NCBI RefSeq assembly: GCF_902713615.1
Contig: NC_052149.1
Span: 127,475,256-127,539,255 of the forward strand
Reading direction: 5' to 3'
From: Scyliorhinus canicula
Lineage: Eukaryota
DNA length: 64,000 nt
The notes under the pieces: generated by a model
Told to the model about the DNA's origin: nothing
What the model saw: only the letters and a program-made list of their open reading frames with translations
Database searches by the model: none
Part shown: one piece after another, positions 62,889 to 64,000 of the stretch
How the letters are laid out: each line of letters starts with the position of its first letter
Numbering within the stretch: position 1 is the stretch's first letter
Position numbers and translations under genes: made by a program

Positions 62889-64000
62889 GCTGACAGATTA
62901 CAAGGAATCCTTTGAACAAGAAACAGGTGGTCATAGTCCAGGATTGCGGCCAATATTAGTCTTCCTCCTACTTAACCGATGGGAGCTTCTCTATTTCTTT
63001 GAGTGGAAGGCGAGTTTCAAGTACACATCCGTGAAGTGTCAGAGGCTTTACTGAAATGAAATGAACTGAAAGAAGAGAAGGAAACGGGAAGAATTAACCA
63101 GATCAGGATGAGAGGTGGGAAAGTGTGGAAGAATCAGTCCCATTAAAACAAATCCCAACTGGGTTTCATAAAGAAACCTACATTGACGACAAGGATTGTG
63201 CCATGCTCATCGCTTCCACAGTGAGTTTAGAAATCACCGATAGAATTGCACTGAAGATGATTGGGTACATGAGAGGGAATAAATCCTTCAGTGATTATTC
63301 ATTTTTGGGAAGGACAATAACAGATAGGCAATAAATGCTGATCTTGCCGGTGATGCTCACATCCGAAGAACAAATTAAAACATATTAATTTCCTCCAATT
63401 TCTAACCCAGTGGTTTCCAACTTTTGTCATGTCACGTCTCTATACACAAAAAAACTGAAGCACACCTCCTGTTTTCTCTGTCTTCCTCCCTTACGGGGAG
63501 CTTTGATTTTAACTGCTCTCTGTTCTCTCTTTTTTTTTTTTTACTTCTTCCTGTCTCCTTCTCCCAGGGTTTTTGACCCCTTTTTAAGATTTCGCTTTTG
63601 CTGCAGGAACAATGGGACCATGGCCTTCAGCTCCACGCATGGGCCGGACCAACAAAAAGAAATCCAAACCATGCATGTGCGGCTCTTTCCCAGCCTGCTC
63701 AGGATCCCCAAGATTTGTTGGGTTTTGGAGATGCCAATCATTGAGCTGAAGGCGAAGATGAGTTTTCGTTTAATTACATGAATTTTGAATCTTTCTTCGT
63801 GGCACACTTGACAGGGATGGGTGGGGGGTGTTTAGAAGATGGGAACCACTGTTCTAACCATACAACAAGATCCAGCACAGATAGCCTTGTCTTAGCGGGC
63901 AGCAGCTTCCCCAGAGCCAGAAGGCATCAAACCCACTCCAGAGACCTAAGCACTACATCTAGGCTGACACAGTCAAAGGTGCTGGATGAAATATAGAACC

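Overview
Vertebrate genomic DNA, almost certainly a shark (catshark-like; inferred from the light-chain type and the SINE/LINE families). Two genes lie tail-to-tail in a repeat-dense background. On the + strand is one complete, unrearranged kappa-type (shark type III/NS4-like) immunoglobulin light-chain cluster: leader 1098-1146, V 1333-1631 with a perfect 12-RSS, J 2113-2147 with a 23-RSS, and C 16807-17135. Its only clear coding lesion is a TAG in CDR1. On the - strand are the last six coding exons of a RABGAP1L-family gene (46152 down to 24976), plus at least one likely alternative first exon (62760-62888). Most of the rest is CR1, L1, L2 and RTE LINE fragments, tRNA-derived SINEs, GC-rich inverted-repeat elements, Penelope-like fragments, a probable solo LTR, and several minisatellites. 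The most notable observations are: the near-intact kappa cluster abutting RABGAP1L; several candidate alternative first exons for short coiled-coil isoforms, one of which is restored in frame by removing a MITE; and a minimal hammerhead ribozyme with a compensated U3:A8 core in the J-C intron. I found no wholly new gene system. Repeat boundaries are approximate and were read by eye, and no database search was run.
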